DNA of 64,000 nt, from positions 27,838,001-27,902,000 of the forward strand of contig OX597838.1 in assembly GCA_951406725.2 (NCBI GenBank). The letters are read 5' to 3'. Under the pieces are notes generated by a model. It worked only from the letters and a program-made list of their open reading frames with translations. It did not search any database and was not told the origin of the DNA. Both the position numbers and the translations under genes were made by a program. Below are positions 25,627 through 40,100 of the stretch, in pieces (position 1 is the first letter of the stretch; each line of letters opens with the position of its first letter). This DNA is from Octopus vulgaris. Its lineage: Eukaryota.

Positions 25627-26168
25627 GTTTGGCAATTAATATGTTTTAACGATTCAAGGTCTTGAACATGGCCAAAATACGTGTATTGGTTGCGTGTGTA
25701 CCTGTGCCTGTACGTGCTAGCCTGTGTATGCATGTATGTGTATGTCTGTGTGTGTTTATTTATATTAAAGTTATACATTCTATAGCCACTGTAACAGTTG
25801 TAGTCGTGATATTTACAACTGCAACGCTTCCAAACGAATTTATAAATCATATTTGTTTTCATTTGTAGCCTGTACGTTTAAGAAATTCACTTAGTAACTG
25901 CATTGTTTCACGTTCGATCCTGCTGCGCAACATATTGGGCAAATGTCTTTCATCATAAACACGGACTGTCCAGATCCTCGTGAATAAAATTTAATAGACG
26001 TGAACAGGGTGGGAATCTATAATATGTATATATATATATATATGACTGACTTACATGCAGTTTGTATTCTTCAGAATAAGACATTTTAAATTCAGTCTTT
26101 TTGTAATATAATATCGGCTTACATTTAGAATTCAAATGTAGAAAGAAAAGGTATAGTTTGGTGTAAAA

Positions 26169-26209
<41 letters not shown>

Positions 26210-26449
26210 ATGCTGTATACAAAATACGACTTTGTTTTAGTTTTATCTTTTTTTTTTGTCAAAACATTGTCGTATGATATCCATTTTATTTAGAACAGTA
26301 AAGACCCAAAAATCTATCATCAACGTTTCTATACCTTCACTGCCTCATCTTCTGGATAGGGTAATGTTGGAGGAGGTATGTTGCTGCTTCTTATGATAGG
26401 CAAGGCTAGTGTGATTGAAGTAGACTTTACAACCAGAATTTGAATCTGA

Positions 26450-27030
26450 AGGCGGCGAGCTGGCAGAAACGTTAGCACGCCGGGCGAAATGCTTAGCGGT
26501 ATTTCGTCTGCGTTACGTTGTGAGTTCAAATTCCGCCGAGGTCGACTTTGCCTTTCATCCTTTCGGGGTCGATAAATTAAGTACCAGTTACGAACTGGGG
26601 TCGATGTAATCGACTTAATACCTATGTCTGTCCTTGTTTGTTCCCTCTGTGTTTAGCCCCTTGTGGGTAATAAAGAAATAGGTATTTCGTCTGCCGTTAC
26701 GTTCTGTGTTCAAATTCCACCGAGGTCGACTTTGCCTTTCATCCTTTCGGGGTCGATTAAATAAGTACCAGTTACGTACTGGGGTCGATATAATCGACTT
26801 AATCCGTTTGTCTGTCCTCTCTGTGTTTAGCCCCTTTTGGGTAGTAAAGAAATAGGTATTTCGTCAGCTGTTACGTTCTCAGTTCAAATTCTGCCGAGGT
26901 CGACTATGCCTTTTATCCTTTCGGGGTCGATAAATTAAGTACCAGTTGCGTACTGGGGTCGATGTTATCGACTTAATCCCTTTGTCTGTCCTTGTTTGTC
27001 CCCTCGTAGGCAATGAAAGAAATAAGAATC
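26450..27030 (+). mobile_element. SINE family 2, tandem trimer (others ~9622-10026, 14787-15013, 30409-30626, 39921-40150, 46311-46743, 54850-55082, 62140-62343)
   Basis: GGCGGCGAGCTGGCAGAA head, GAGTTCAAATTCC B-box, CCGAGGTCGACTTTGCCTTTCATCC central domain resembling Deu/Nin-type SINE domains. Confidence 0.85.
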
Positions 27031-27860
27031 TGAATATTTGATCATTAAATTTGGGCATCAACACCGGGTGTCTATGATTAGTCTATGTTATCTATTTGTC
27101 TACTTCAACATTGTGATGTTGTGCGGTATTGTGAGTATTATTTCCACCACAAATAATTCATATTTGTAAGAAATGTTATATGGTATAGTTGTGTTGTTTA
27201 CTAATGTTCTCCTACCTAACTTTGCCTTATTATTTTCAATTGATCATTGTTCCAAGTAAATGAGTCAGCAACAGAATGCTGAACATGTATGGTAAATGTA
27301 ACAGTTGGAGTCATGAAGTTTATAACTCCCATATTTGCAATCGACTGTATAAATCATATTAATCATTATTAACCTGTTAGAGGGTTTACCTGTTCGTGTT
27401 TATTGTTTAAAAGGCTTTTAATTTCAGTGTTTGTAGTGCAATATCAGTGTCCTTTTATCAATAAGTGTAAAGCATTTTATGAGGTTTTTGATAATGTCCT
27501 TAATCTATTCCATGCGATTCCTGAAAATACGTTTTGTATACATTTAAGAAATGTCGTGTTTGATGTATTTATTGTATTTTATCTGTGTATGTATTGTTCT
27601 CGTTGAAACCATTCCCTAATAACAAAATGACTGCCATAGAGTCTCATTCTGGTCGAAGGAGAAAGAGAAGAACGTGGAATATGGACAAGAAGTTCAGACT
27701 GCAGGCTTTTGCCATGACATCCTGACATGGCTATACGCCGGTTGACCGTCCAGCGAAAACTATTATTAACCATCTCTTTACAAACATCTCTCCCAAATGC
27801 CAGGTGTTATCAAGTTAGATAATCTAAACAAGCTCGACCAGATAAAGTATTGCACTAAAG

Positions 27861-28223
27861 CAGGGGTTCTCAACATAGGCAGTGTAGCCCCACAAGGGGG
27901 CACTGGGCATGTTGAAGGGGACGTTAGGCTTTAGGAGGCAGTGGGGGTGGCAATGAGGAAACATAATTAACATACTAAACTTTAGTAATGTTAGTAATTA
28001 TATTATACATGATAAAACTAGTAATATTTATTAAAATAAAACGAGATCTCATCAGGTACAGAAAAGTCATTAACTTGCAATGTATAATGTAAATTTACAA
28101 CTTTTGGTTTTATTTTTGTATCATTTCACTGTTAAAAGCTTACACGATCCAATTTTGGAGTAAAAATTATAAATTACCATCCATGTTGAGTTCATTTAGC
28201 CGCGATACTTCACTCGCCACTTG

Positions 28224-28320
<97 letters not shown>

Positions 28321-28417
28321 TTTATTATGGCCGGGTTCCAGCCGCTTAGGTGGACGCTAGGCACAACAACTACTTAAAAAGGGAGCGCAGCAAAAAAAAA
28401 AAAGTCAAGAAGCACTG
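27861..28417. mobile_element. hAT/Charlie-like MITE with internal (TTA)n/(TAG)n
   Basis: CAGGGGTTCTCAA ... AGAAGCACTG ends; degenerate 8-bp TSD. Confidence 0.55.
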
Positions 28418-29699
28418 CTCTAAGACTTGGTCTGTGAGTTTATTTGGAATATTTCTTGTTCATTAGACTTCGTTCTATTTTGTACTAAATACTAGAATGA
28501 AGAATAAGCATTACTGCTTAGTCTGTTAGTAAATTACATAACAGAATAGTCAAAAATGTGTCAAAATTCAAACCAGTCTGAGTTAGTTATAAACAACGGT
28601 AGCTAGCTAACTTTCGGGATAGTTGTCACGCATAAATCGGAATTTGGGGAGGAAGGTGGGGTTTCGGGATTTTTCTAATTTTTTTCTTTTTTGTATCACA
28701 CATTTTAAAACACTGAAAGACAGTCTTTTCTCAAGAAAAAATTGTTTAAATCCAGGTTTTTCAAATGTTTTTTTCGCCTCCCACTCCACACTACTGCTCC
28801 ACTTGTTCAGAATGCATTCTGGACAATGGCCACCACTAATTTTTTTTTTTTTTTTTTTCGTATTTTCGTTATGTTGATAATATTCCAATTTCCGAAACAT
28901 TTGTAACGCGCATTTTTGGAGAAAAAAATTCACCCTCTATAGTGCTTCTCGAAATTAAAATGAATTTTTCCCCATTATTTTATAGTATTCCAGACTCTAA
29001 AATACTTCTGATAGACTTAAAGTTTGCTTTGATTTTTTTAAAAGAAAAATCGATGTTTTTCAAATTTTATAACCTCACTCCCCCATAAATTATTTTTAAA
29101 GGCTTCTCTCCACCCACTGTTTTGACATGTATGATACTAAAAAAAATCAGTAAAACCCCGGAAAAAAATAAACGGAGAAAGTTCGTCCAGTAGCTTTAAA
29201 AACAATTTCACGGTGCTGACAAAAGTCAAACTAGAAACAATGTCGTCCTGTATTGATCCCTCTCTTTCCGTCCATGGTGAGGCTGTATAATAAACATGGC
29301 AGACGTTTACGTCTGTCTCGTGTGTCTAGCAAATTTAAACATATTTCTTTGTAAATTCTGGTATGAAAAATAAACAGTGTTTGCACACCAGTAATTTCAT
29401 AACAGAACAGACAAAAACGTATGTTAGGTCTAGTTATAAGTGGAACAAGAGTAGCATTGAATACAATTTCACAGAGGCTGTAAAATTTAGGGGATTTGAT
29501 GGATCTTTTCCTTTGACCGGTCAAAGTGAAAAGATCCAATTTGATTGAAGAAAGGCACATCAGAAGCAGTGCTGGCTCTTCGATAGAAACACTGTTGTCC
29601 TGTGATGCTCGCTCTCTTTCCGCCATAGTGAAGTTCTATAAATAAACATGACAGACGTTTACACCTTTCTCTGCGACTAGTAAATTTAATTAAATTTAT

Positions 29700-30015
29700 G
29701 GGTGCTTTTTGATTGTCTCACCCTAATAAAAAAATTGGGTTATCTCTCCCCGTTAAAAAATTGTTTAACCCTCAATAAAACAAAAACAAAACTGAAACAA
29801 TTAAACACCTTATTAAATCTAATCACATTTTATAACAAAATACCATGCCTACTGAGGAGGCCAAAAGTCAACAATGTGTTGAAGTATTGAATCAAAAGGA
29901 TCTAACCCTTTTAATCCAATACCTTGTCGCCACATAAACTCAATTTCTTAACAAGGGGATAACCCAATATTTAATGGCAATTTTTTAATGGGGGTGAGAT
30001 AACCAAAAAGTACCA
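29700..30015. mobile_element. MITE-like inverted-repeat element
   Basis: GGTGCTTTTTGATTGTCTCACCC...GGGTGAGATAACCAAAAAGTACC imperfect TIRs. Confidence 0.5.
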
Positions 30016-31592
30016 ATCTATGACGCATTGGCTAGAAATTTTAGGTATATCCCATAATAAACTCTAGTCTAGTTTTCTTTATCGAGTGCTTTGATTTTGG
30101 AGGAGAATTTAGTTTTTCTTCGAAGTCAGGATTTCACCACTGGCGTTTCATACTCGTGCAGTTCGTACTGCAAATATAGACATTTGTTGGTTCCACCTTA
30201 ACGGGCAGTCTTCCTGGTCATTTATACTTCAGCGTGCAGTTCATCTGCACATTTGCACTTCGTTATGCAGTCTACCACCATTACAAGATTTTTACAGCAG
30301 GATGATAAAAACAAGTTGAATAATGATTTATTAAGACATACATAACTGATACAAACAATTTAAAGTTTAATCCTTTAAAGGTATACGCTTCCTTAAAGGT
30401 ATACGGGAAGGCGGCGAGCTGGCAGAAACGTTAGCACGCCGGGCGAAATGTGTAGCCGTATTTCGTCTGCTGTTACGTTCTGAGCTCAAATTCCGCCGAG
30501 GTCGACTTTGCCTTTCATCCTTTTGGGGTCGATAAATTAAGTACCAGTTACGCAGTGGAGTCGATGTAATCGACTTAATCCGTTTGTCTGTCATTGTTTG
30601 TCCCCTTGTGGGTAGTAAAGAAATAGGCATACGCTTCACATATCACTTAAGAATGCTACAAAAAAATCTGACGCATCTTTTCTTAATACTTTCCAGCAAA
30701 TCTGATCAAGGTGCGATCAGAAAAGCTTATACTAAAGCCTCTCATTTTTTACAAAACTCTTTGTTTTATCATCAACCATCATTGTGTGCTTCTTTCATTG
30801 GATCCACATAACGTTCTTGGCGGTTCAACAAAAAAAAAAAAAATGGTAATGATCCGTAGCATTTAGATTAACATATGCAAGACATTCATCCGAAAGAATA
30901 ACCGAACATTTTTCACATTCTCACCCAGTGATTAGTAACAGAAAGTTTCTATCACCCTGTTCAACATAAAAACATCGACAGAGTGTTTGAAACTAAAAAT
31001 CCCAAAGACCATCAATTCTACATCCATGGCTCCTGTTGTTTTCTTCATCCGTGTCATTATTTTCAGAGAAGGGAATATTGTCACTATTTACCATTCTACT
31101 ATGATTGCATTTCCATCGACCAGCAAATCTTGATTCGTCATTTAGAATATGATTTTCGTTTGTTCCAACCATCTTACTTTGTTGGCGATGAGAAACGATG
31201 GTTCCCCATATTATACCACTTAGTTATCATACTGGAAAACTTGTCTGTGAGAGTCATAGCTGTATCACGGATATTTCCATCACAAGAAAGAACACCAGTT
31301 TTAAAATTTCGCACGAACTCTGAATGCAATTTTAGTGAATAGGCACTAAAAAAACATCTGACTTTTTATAACAACGGTGATATAATACCTCGTAATGCAA
31401 TAATAGACAGCATTCAGAAGACTTAATAGAACATAGTAATTTATTAAAAGAGGAATTGATGATAGCATTAAATCAAGGTTTGCTTGACATTCAGAGGTAT
31501 GGTATAACAGGGTCCTACGTGAACAAAAGAAAAGGTCAAGCCACTCGTTATAGGGTCATAATTCCAGAAGGTGTATACAGCACAAATCCCTC

Positions 31593-31980
31593 TCTATATA
31601 AAGCTGAAATTGTCTGTGTGTGTGGCAGGCTTGGTAGCCTTCAACTAACGCTATCTCCTCCGAGACCCTGCGGCGCAAGTTGACCAAAATTGAGAGTATG
31701 ATAGAAGGCTTGCTCTTCCTTTCGTAGAAGAAAAAGTTCAAATCGGACCATGTTAACACCAAAAATTATTTACATCAAAAATGTGCTTTTTTTTTCCATG
31801 AAAATCCCTATTTTTTACGATTTTTTGACTGCTATGTCACCATTTTTCGGTGTATTTCAACCAGAAAAATGTTCACTTAAAGAGAATAACAAGCTAACAT
31901 AATGCAAAATTTTTACTTTTCAAAAATTCCAATTCTAAAGGGTCGAAACAAACCCAAGCAACGCCGGGCGATACTGCTAG
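31593..31980 (+). mobile_element. Non-autonomous Helitron-like element (second copy at ~33645-34034)
   Basis: 5' TCTATATAAAG, 3' CCC..CAACGCCGGG hairpin + CTAG; near-identical copy 2 kb downstream. Confidence 0.75.
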
Positions 31981-32817
31981 TAAAATTGTAACACTTACTG
32001 TATATTGTAAAATGTGGACAGGATAAATGTTCAAACAGTCCATAAATAGTTATTTAGTTCTAGAATGTTTCTTCCTTCGATATTGACCACATGGTAGAGT
32101 TGAGCTCCGACAGAGACATGACAAATCACGTCTGTCTTGGAGGATTGGCAGGGAATGCCAGAAAACTTTCACTGCGACTTAGTGACAGGTGGTGACGTGT
32201 ACCTATGCGCGATGCACCAACCAAATCACGCATAGCTGGATAACATTTCCGCCAAAGAGAATTAGTACTCCTACACAGTGTAATTTATTGGTGGTGATGT
32301 CCGTAATAATGAAAAAAAAAAATGTGTTTCCTTTCCGAAGAGAACGTGAAGTTTGCTTCCCCTTTCACGGACAATGAAATACAGGCCTATGTTACCACAT
32401 GTCATGCTTTCGCTTTTCTTGCGTGACACTGTCACATTGATGGCAAGGGTCCTGCTTCTTGTACTGTACCCAGAAATGTATTTTTCTATAAAAATGCAAC
32501 TGTTGTTTCCTCTGACGTAATAACACGTCTATAGAAATCTTTGAATAGCATAAATAGAGTATAAAATGCGCCAAAGCAGTAACCATTTTTGGTCTAAGCG
32601 CTGCATATCTTATATCTAGAAATGGATTCATTGTATTGTCAAACATTTTAGTTGTACAATACCGAATGTCGAATTTTAGTACAGAGTTATTTCCTATGTC
32701 TTCCCTAAATTTTATCTCTCACTTTCCCCATTTTTTTTAAAATCTCTCCATCTCTCTTCTTTTCTCAATCACACATGCTTGAACGCGCTAACAACTCCAT
32801 TTATTTTTTTATCACAG

Positions 32818-33131
32818 CCAACTACAAGGCCATGAACTACCAATACGAAAGACCCTTCCAACCTACCAGCCGCTTGCACGATGCGTTCGTCTCCATTAGC
32901 GGGGAGGTAATGCCTAAAGAAACCTCAGTCCCAATGCCTACTATGCAGTTCTTCACGGGGTCGTCAAATTTAAGTTTGGTCAACGATGTTGGATTCCAGA
33001 AACCCAGATGGGGTCAGTTTAATCCAGACCACTATGGGGACCCATATCAACACTTACACCTGCCTCCCCTAAAGTTGGGTGGAAAACCTTACCATCGCAA
33101 TGAATATATCTCTTACACCGGGGCACACTAG
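32818..33131 (+). CDS. Uncharacterised gene B, last coding exon (ANYKAMNYQYERPF...HLPPLKLGGKPYHRNEYISYTGAH*)
   Basis: ttttttatcacag acceptor, phase 1 matching exon 3, TAG stop; assembled protein 176 aa. Confidence 0.75.
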
Positions 33132-33644
33132 GTTCTTCACTTCGTTTTAGCCTCTACAGCTACGGCCATACTGAAGCGCTACTTTCAAGATGTGTTTGTG
33201 ATTGTTAAATATACATACAGAAGTTTTCAAATTTAACCGTTCGCTATAAATTTCATTTCATGTAAAACTTCAAAAGTAAACAAGATTTTTGGAAGCGTCG
33301 TCTTCTGTTTTCTTTTATTGGTTTTAGTCACCGTATTGCGGCCATGCTGGAGCACTGCCAGCAATAGTTTTAGTCGGTCGTATCAATTTCCCAGGTTCTT
33401 CTTTCAGTGTGAAACATGTTCAGTCGATCTTTATTAGTTGAACAGTTACAATGAGGGACATCAAAAGACAAAACACTAGCAACACTGGCTATAAAATGAC
33501 GTAAACGTAAGCACACGCATGTGTATATATATATATATATATAACATGTACGTTTGCGTATATATACATATATAACTATGTATATATACACATATCAGTA
33601 TATATATATATGTTTGTATGAATATATATATATATATATATATT

Positions 33645-34034
33645 AATATATAAAGCTGAAGTTGTCTGTGTGTAGCAGGTTTGGTAGCCTTCAACTAATA
33701 CTATCTCCTCTGAGACCCTGCGGTGCAAGTTGACCAAAATTGAGAGTATGATAGAAGAAGGCTTGCTCTTCCTTTCGCAGAAGAAAAAATTCAAATCGGA
33801 CCATGTTAACACCAAAAATTATTTACATCAAAAATGTGCTTTTTTTTTCTATGAAAAACCATATTTTTTAACGATTTTTTTGACTGCTGTATCGCCATTT
33901 TTCAATGTATTTCAACCAGAAAAATGTTCACTTAAAGAGAATAACAAGCTTCATAATGCGAAATTTTTACTTTTCAAAAATTCCAATCCTAAAGGGTCGA
34001 AACAAACCCGAGCAACACCGGGCGATACTGCTAC
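33645..34034 (+). mobile_element. Non-autonomous Helitron-like element, same family as 31593-31980
   Basis: Colinear high similarity over ~390 bp. Confidence 0.75.
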
Positions 34035-34680
34035 TATATATATATATATATATATATACGTGTGTGTGTGTGTGTGTATATATATATATGAGTTAAGGAA
34101 TGGAGTAGATAAGATCCGAGCTACATGTTTTATAGTGAGCGGAACCTTGGAAGTGGTAAATACCCAAGTGAGGCATATGCCGCTGGCTACTCATCAAGCC
34201 AAGAGGGTCTCGATTAAATGAAAGTTAACATCATCGCAAGGAGGAACATGACACGGAATATTCAATCCACAGTGTTCCACATCAATAAACCATTCTTGTT
34301 CCTGAAAGTTGTTCTTTAATATTTACTACGGATTGCTTGAAGCTTACTTTGTTTGTACACCTCAATCCTTGGATCTTACATACATATATATTCATATATA
34401 TATATTGTATATATCACGTGAACGACCAGACTATCAGTTGTTGTTACACATCACTACTCACAATGCGCTTTGCATTATTTTAGCCATTGAACAATGCCAC
34501 TCCAGCAGGCCAACATGCCCACCCTCCCTGATCGAAAAGTGGACTGGAGCAATTTGAAATGGATACTTTGCTCAAAACGCAACGTACTGCAGTCTGAGAA
34601 CCAAACCCACAATCTAGCAATCGTGAGTGCAGCACTCTAACCACTAGGCTACTGTGTGTGTGTATATGTATATATATGTG

Positions 34681-34730
<50 letters not shown>

Positions 34731-36476
34731 CATACAGGTGAAGGCGCGTGGCTTAGTGGTTAAGGTAACTGGCTTATGATAGTAAGGTCCTAAGTTCAAT
34801 TCCTGGCGGTGTATTGTATCCTTGAGCAAGATGCTTTATTTCACGTTGCCCTAGTCCACTCAGCTGGCAAAAATGAATTGTACCAGTAATTCAAAGGGCT
34901 GGCTGTGTCATGCTGAATCTCCCCAAGAACTGTTAAAAGTACGTGTCTGTGGAGTGCTCAACCACTTGTATGTTAATTTCACAAGCGGGCTGTTCGGTTG
35001 ATTGGATCTACTGGAACCCCGTCATTATAATGGACAGAGCCAGTAATATATATATATAAAATTATAATTTAGGGTATCTAAGACATACCACCACGCTGGA
35101 AATAGCAGCCAAAACTTGACTCTGGTTTTAGAGTCAAATTTTGGCTACTATTTCCAGCGTGGTGGTATCTCATAGATACCCTAAAGCATAATTTTAATAA
35201 TAATTATTACCATTAAAGGTTTTTATTTCTATGCTGGCTACTTGATAAGATCAATATTTAAATAACAATCTTATCCTTATTTATATAAATGTGTGTGTGT
35301 ATGTTTGTATATATATATATACACATACACACACGTACCATTTACATACATATTTGTCAACAGTATGTTACACAGGAGTAACATGAAATGAAACACCTTG
35401 CCCAAGAGGGAAATGTACCACCTGATCTGGGAATCAAGCCAATGATCGTACAATTGTAAGCCCAAAAGCTTTAACCATTGAGCTTCACACCTTTGCTAAG
35501 GACATTGTATGCATGTGTGTGCAGCAGGAATCTTCATCAGTCAGATCACTACACCTGACGTTGCAATTTGCTATATGAACCCACGTGATAAAAAAAAAAA
35601 ATTCTAACCAATCACGACTTTGCATGAAAAAGGCTCCAGCAACAATTTCATCTTTTGACTTACTTCCTTCTGAGCCACCAGTAGAAATTCTACACACCTT
35701 GGGTACTTGACAAAGAGCATGAAGAGAGCATTGGGAGACAGCATAGAGAGAGAGCACTGATAGACATCATAGGAGATGACCAACAGAGACAGGGAACAGC
35801 AGCTGACAACACAAAGACAATGGAACAGTCAGAGCACAAAAGACATTTAAAAGTCAGTAGCACAACCACACTTTAATTGCTACTACAATTACACCCATAA
35901 CAATAACATTCAAACCCTCTCAATATTTTGTTATTCATAGTAATGACTATATTTTTTTTAGGACAAAAAGAATAAAATTTTGTTTATCAAAAATCAGTGT
36001 TGTTCATCTTTGTTACTTCACATTATCTTTTTGAATTAAAATCTTTTATTTTTTACTTGTTTCAGGCTGTGGCCATGTTGAGGCACTGCCATGAATTTTT
36101 AGCCAAATGAATTGATCCCAGTACTTTTCTTTAAAACTTGGTATTTATTCTATTGAACACTTTTACCGAACTGCTAAGTTACAGGGATGTCAACACACCA
36201 ACACCAGTTACAAAAACCGTGTAAAGTAATCCTGATAGACTTTCAAATAAATATATAGATGGATAGACTGATAGATAGATAGAAAAGTTGTGTGTGTGAC
36301 ATACTATTTCTAAAGTAGCGATGTGATGATCACAGCTGTTACATTTTTGATCAATGTCTGCTGGATCGAGTCCGATTTGACAAAACTAAACACCATTAAT
36401 TACAACTGCTTCCATCACCACAAGTAACAAAAAAGAGAGAGAGAGAGAGATGTGTTGCTACATGACATGGTATTAA

Positions 36477-36696
36477 CCCTTTCATTACTGTATTTATTTT
36501 GAGATGCTCTGTGTTTCTTTCAATCATTATAAATATAACAAAGAATTTTGTAAAATAACTTAGTTATCATTAAGCTAGTGTTTGGAACAAAAATTGTGAC
36601 TAAGGCTTGGTGGAATATTTTAATTCAAAACTTATGAAAATAAGACATTTTACCACAGAGCCAGAGCCGGTTTTGGCCGGGTTAGTAACAAAAGGG
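36477..36696. mobile_element. piggyBac-like MITE (related copies ~51300-51510, ~56520-56630)
   Basis: TTAA|CCCTTT...AAAGGG|TTAA. Confidence 0.8.
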
Positions 36697-36915
36697 TTAA
36701 GACAAATTGATTGATACGTTCATTAATGACTGACCAAAAGTTGGAATTTTCTTTTTGGTTTTTTTTTTCATTGTTTTTTGTTTTGTTTTTATTCAAAAGA
36801 AATATATATATTTTTTATTTACTTTAAAAAAATTTTTTTATTTATTTTTAAATAATTTTTTTTATCAATGTTTTGTGATTTTTTTCCTGTTTTTCTTTTT
36901 TTTCACAGACTACTT

Positions 36916-37131
36916 TCAGCATCCAGAAATATCTTTTTGTTTTTTCCGGAAAAACCGTTTATCTGAAGGATCAAATCCATGTTCTTTTGCTCCATAGACA
37001 GCCCAGTCTGGGGTCTTGGCCATATAGTCCTCAGCAGTAAATATCATTTCACTGTTATTCTTTCTGTTCTGTACCAACTCGTGAAATTTCTCATAATCAA
37101 TCCAAGTACACCATTCACCATTCACTTTGAA
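36916..37131 (-). CDS. TYW1: TYW1 last coding exon ([16 protein letters not shown]...KDISGC*)
   Basis: 216 nt, tag acceptor, TGA stop; several AATAAA (tttatt on plus strand) in 36780-36850. Confidence 0.96.
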   Translation of the reverse strand, partial: FKVNGEWCTWIDYEKFHELVQNRKNNSEMIFTAEDYMAKTPDWAVYGAKEHGFDPSDKRFFRKKQKDISGC

Positions 37132-40100
37132 CTAAAATAAATTTAAATAATAATAATAACAATAATCTTTTCTTATTTTGGCACAAGGCCAACAATTTTG
37201 AGGGGAGGGGAATAGTTGATTACATCACCCCACCAGTGTTAAACTGGTACTTATTTCATCAACCCAAACGGATGAAAGACAAAGCTGACCTCAGCAGAAT
37301 TTGAGCTCAGAGCAAAGGCAGAGGAAATGCCAATAAGCATTTTGCCTAGCGTACTAACCAGCTCGTCACCTTTATAATAATGGTTTAAAATTTTGCCACA
37401 GGGCAGCGATTTCGGTAACGGGGATGAATCGATTACATCAACCCTAGTATTCAACTGGTACTTATTTTTATCGACCCCAAAAATAAGAAAGGTAAAGTCA
37501 ACCTTGGCAGAATTTGAACTCAGAACACAGCATTGGGCGAAATACCGCTCAGCATTTTGTCCAGTGCACTCTGCCAGTTTACTACCTCATGCCACTTTTA
37601 TAATAATACTAAAAATAATAATAATGATAATAATAATAATAATTCTTTCTGGTGGAGGTACAAGATCTGAAATTTGGAGGAAGGGGACTAGTCGATTACA
37701 TCGACCCCCGTGTTTCGCTGGTACTTAATTTATCGACCCCAAAAGGATGTAAGGCACCAACCTTACAATATCATTCTAAAAATAAACAATGACATCACTG
37801 AAATCTCAAAGAGATTGCATTATTAATTCAAAACAATGTGAATAAATAAAGCAATACTCTTTACTCTTTTACTTGTTTCAGTCATTTGACTGCGGCCATG
37901 CTGGAGCACCACCTTTAGTCGAGCAAATTGACCCCGGGACTTATTCTTTGTAAGCCCAGTACTTATTCTATCGGTCTCTTTTGCCGAACCGCTAAGTGAC
38001 GGGGATGTAAACACACCAGCATCGGTTGTCAAGCAATGCCAGGGGGACAAACACAGACACACACACATACATATATATACACATATATACATATATACCA
38101 CTACACTCACGGAGTGGTTGGCATTAGGAAGGGCATCCAGCTGTAGAAACACTACCAGATCAGACTGGTGCCTGGTGCAGCCTTCTGGCTTCCCAGATCC
38201 CCGGTCGAACCGTCCAACCCATGCTGGCATGGAGAACGGACGTTAAACGATGATGATGATGATACGACAGGCTTCCTTTCAGTTTCCGTCTACCAAATCC
38301 ACTCACAAGGCATTGGTCGGCCCGGGGCTATAGCAGAAGACACTTGCCCAAGATGCCATGCAGTGGGAGTGAATAAATAAAACATTACATTCGTCAAAGT
38401 AATCTGAGTGCAAAAGGGTAACAGGAAACATACCAGAGCCCAAAATTATGCGAGAGAGACGTCACTTAATCGATTAATATCAGAAGTTATAAGTGAGAAT
38501 ACAGAGTAAGATTTATCAGTAATGACTCACAGACAGACAGAGCTGATGTCATGCAAACACTTACCTTTTTGTTAGCAACCAGCAAGCAATTGGAATGCTC
38601 ATGTTCACAAGCAATCTCATAGTCGGGGAGGAGGTCAGCAAGCTGCTGTACAAATCCACACACCTCCTCATGCCACGGCACATTTTTCATGGTTAATGTG
38701 GAGGCCTTCGATTCACCGCAGTAAGTAACACCCTGAAACAGAGCAAAACATTTCTCTCTCCAATAAGTAAAAATCACACACAGAAAAAAAACACAAAATG
38801 CTCCAAAGTTGTACAATTGAAATGAAACAATGTGAAACAGAATTAAAATTACTAGGAACCAAATCCTAAGACTGGCACCCAGCCATTGCCAGTGCCGCTG
38901 GACTGACTCCTGTGCAGGTGGCAAGTAAAGAAACACTGTTTCGACCCTGTGCTTGAGGAGACCTATTGAGTCAAGTACATCAACATCAAAAATCAATGGA
39001 AATTGTAGTTGTGATCCCTGTGCCGGTGGCACGTAAAAAGCACCATCTGAACGTAGCTGATGGCAGCGCCACCTTGACTGGCTTCTGTGCCGGTGGCACG
39101 TTAAAAGCACCAACCAATCGTAGCCATTGCCAGCCTCACCTGGCACGTAAAAAGCACCCACTACACTTGACTGGCTTCCGTGCCGGTGGCACATAAAATG
39201 CACCAATCCGACCGTGGCCGTTTGCCAGCCTCACCTGGCACCTGTGCAGGTGGCACGTAAAAAGCACCCACTACACTCACGGAGTGGTTGGCGTTAGGAA
39301 GGGCATCCAGCTGTAGAAACATTGCCAGATAAGACTGGAGCCTGGTGCAGCCCTCAGTCAAACCGTCCAACCCATGCTAGCATGGAGAACGGACATTCAA
39401 CGATGATGATGATTTACATACTTATTGCAGCAGTCCTTCAGTTTTCCTAAGCCCCATAAAAGAACTCAGATGATTGGCCTCTAACAAGGCCTTTTGCAAT
39501 ACCCCCTAAAGCCAGGAACATTCCACCACACCCTCATACAACAAACAGAATTCTTAAATTCCTTACCTTGACTTCAATAAAATCAGGTTTACCATAATCA
39601 ACAAGATTGGCGTAAGCTTCAATTTCATCGGTGTTCCAGCCCTTAACCAGAGTTAGTCGATACACCGTACGCTGTTTCTTCTCTGCCAATGCCAGAAGGC
39701 TGTCCTGAAAACGCTGCCAGAAATCACGGAAGAGTGGACGGTCTATTTTCTTAAGGCTTTCTTTATTACTCGCATCAACGCTGACATAGAGCTGAGTAAC
39801 AGGTATCAAATTGCTGAAACATAATAATAATAATAATAATAATGGTAATAATTCTAATTTTAGCACAAGGTCAGCAATTTTGAGTAGAGGGGGCAAATCA
39901 ATTATATTGATCCTAGTATAGGCGGCGAGCTGGCAGAAGCGTTAGCGCGCTGGGCAAAATGCTTAGCGGTATTTCGTCTGTCGTTACGTTCTGAGTTCAA
40001 ATTCCGCCGAGGTCGACTTTGCTTTTCATCCTTTCGGGGTCGATAAATTAAGTACTAGTTACGCACTGGGGTTGATGTAATCAACTTAATCCCTTTGTCT

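Noticed and set aside
27640-27805. GC-richer patch as a possible extra exon of gene B
   Set aside because: All three plus-strand frames contain stops between plausible splice sites.
30983-31342. 119-aa plus-strand ORF in gene B intron
   Set aside because: No convincing donor or phase fit and no recognisable motif; may be a decayed element.
35485-35757. 90-aa minus-strand ORF downstream of TYW1
   Set aside because: No credible start, splice sites or family motif.
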